DNA from: Escherichia coli
Lineage (GTDB): Bacteria > Pseudomonadota > Gammaproteobacteria > Enterobacterales > Enterobacteriaceae
NCBI RefSeq assembly: GCF_030013595.1
Contig: NZ_CP122768.1
Length of the DNA: 64,000 nt
Reading direction: 5' to 3' (one strand)
The first letter of the stretch is position 1. Each line of letters opens with the position of its first letter. The translations under genes and the position numbers were made by a program. Of the stretch, positions 63,660 to 64,000 are shown piece after piece. The notes under the pieces were generated by a model. It made no database searches. It saw nothing but the letters and a program-made list of their open reading frames with translations, and was not told where the DNA came from.

Positions 63660-64000
<341 letters not shown>

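Overview
This window is an Escherichia coli-type chromosomal segment, collinear (in reverse orientation) with the K-12 region running napH-napB-napC, ccmABCDEFGH, narP, yejO, proL, yejM ... fruBKA, psuKGT, rihB, nupX, nfo, lysP, cirA, yeiG. Gene calls rest on my recognition of the translated ORFs and their motifs and order; no database search was run. The one segment not explained by the conserved backbone is a roughly 10.2 kb integrative element (about 11960-22171) inserted next to the 3' end of tRNA-Pro (proL), between yejO and yejM. It carries a P4-family tyrosine integrase, an AlpA-type regulator, a RepA-like replication initiator with an adjacent iteron origin, a small terminase-like HTH protein, FinO/ProQ-like and PerC-like genes, and several ORFs of unrecognisable function, but no capsid, tail or lysis genes. 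I read it as a phage satellite of the PICI type. I could not assign a known system to its cargo ORFs (a duplicated-domain small-protein family, a 217/197-aa pair, a divergent ribbon-helix-helix gene with palindromic operators) or to two repeat arrays; these are the best candidates for an undescribed satellite-borne function. Which, if any, is a defence or helper-interference system is inference only. yejO is intact here (an uninterrupted 863-aa autotransporter ORF).
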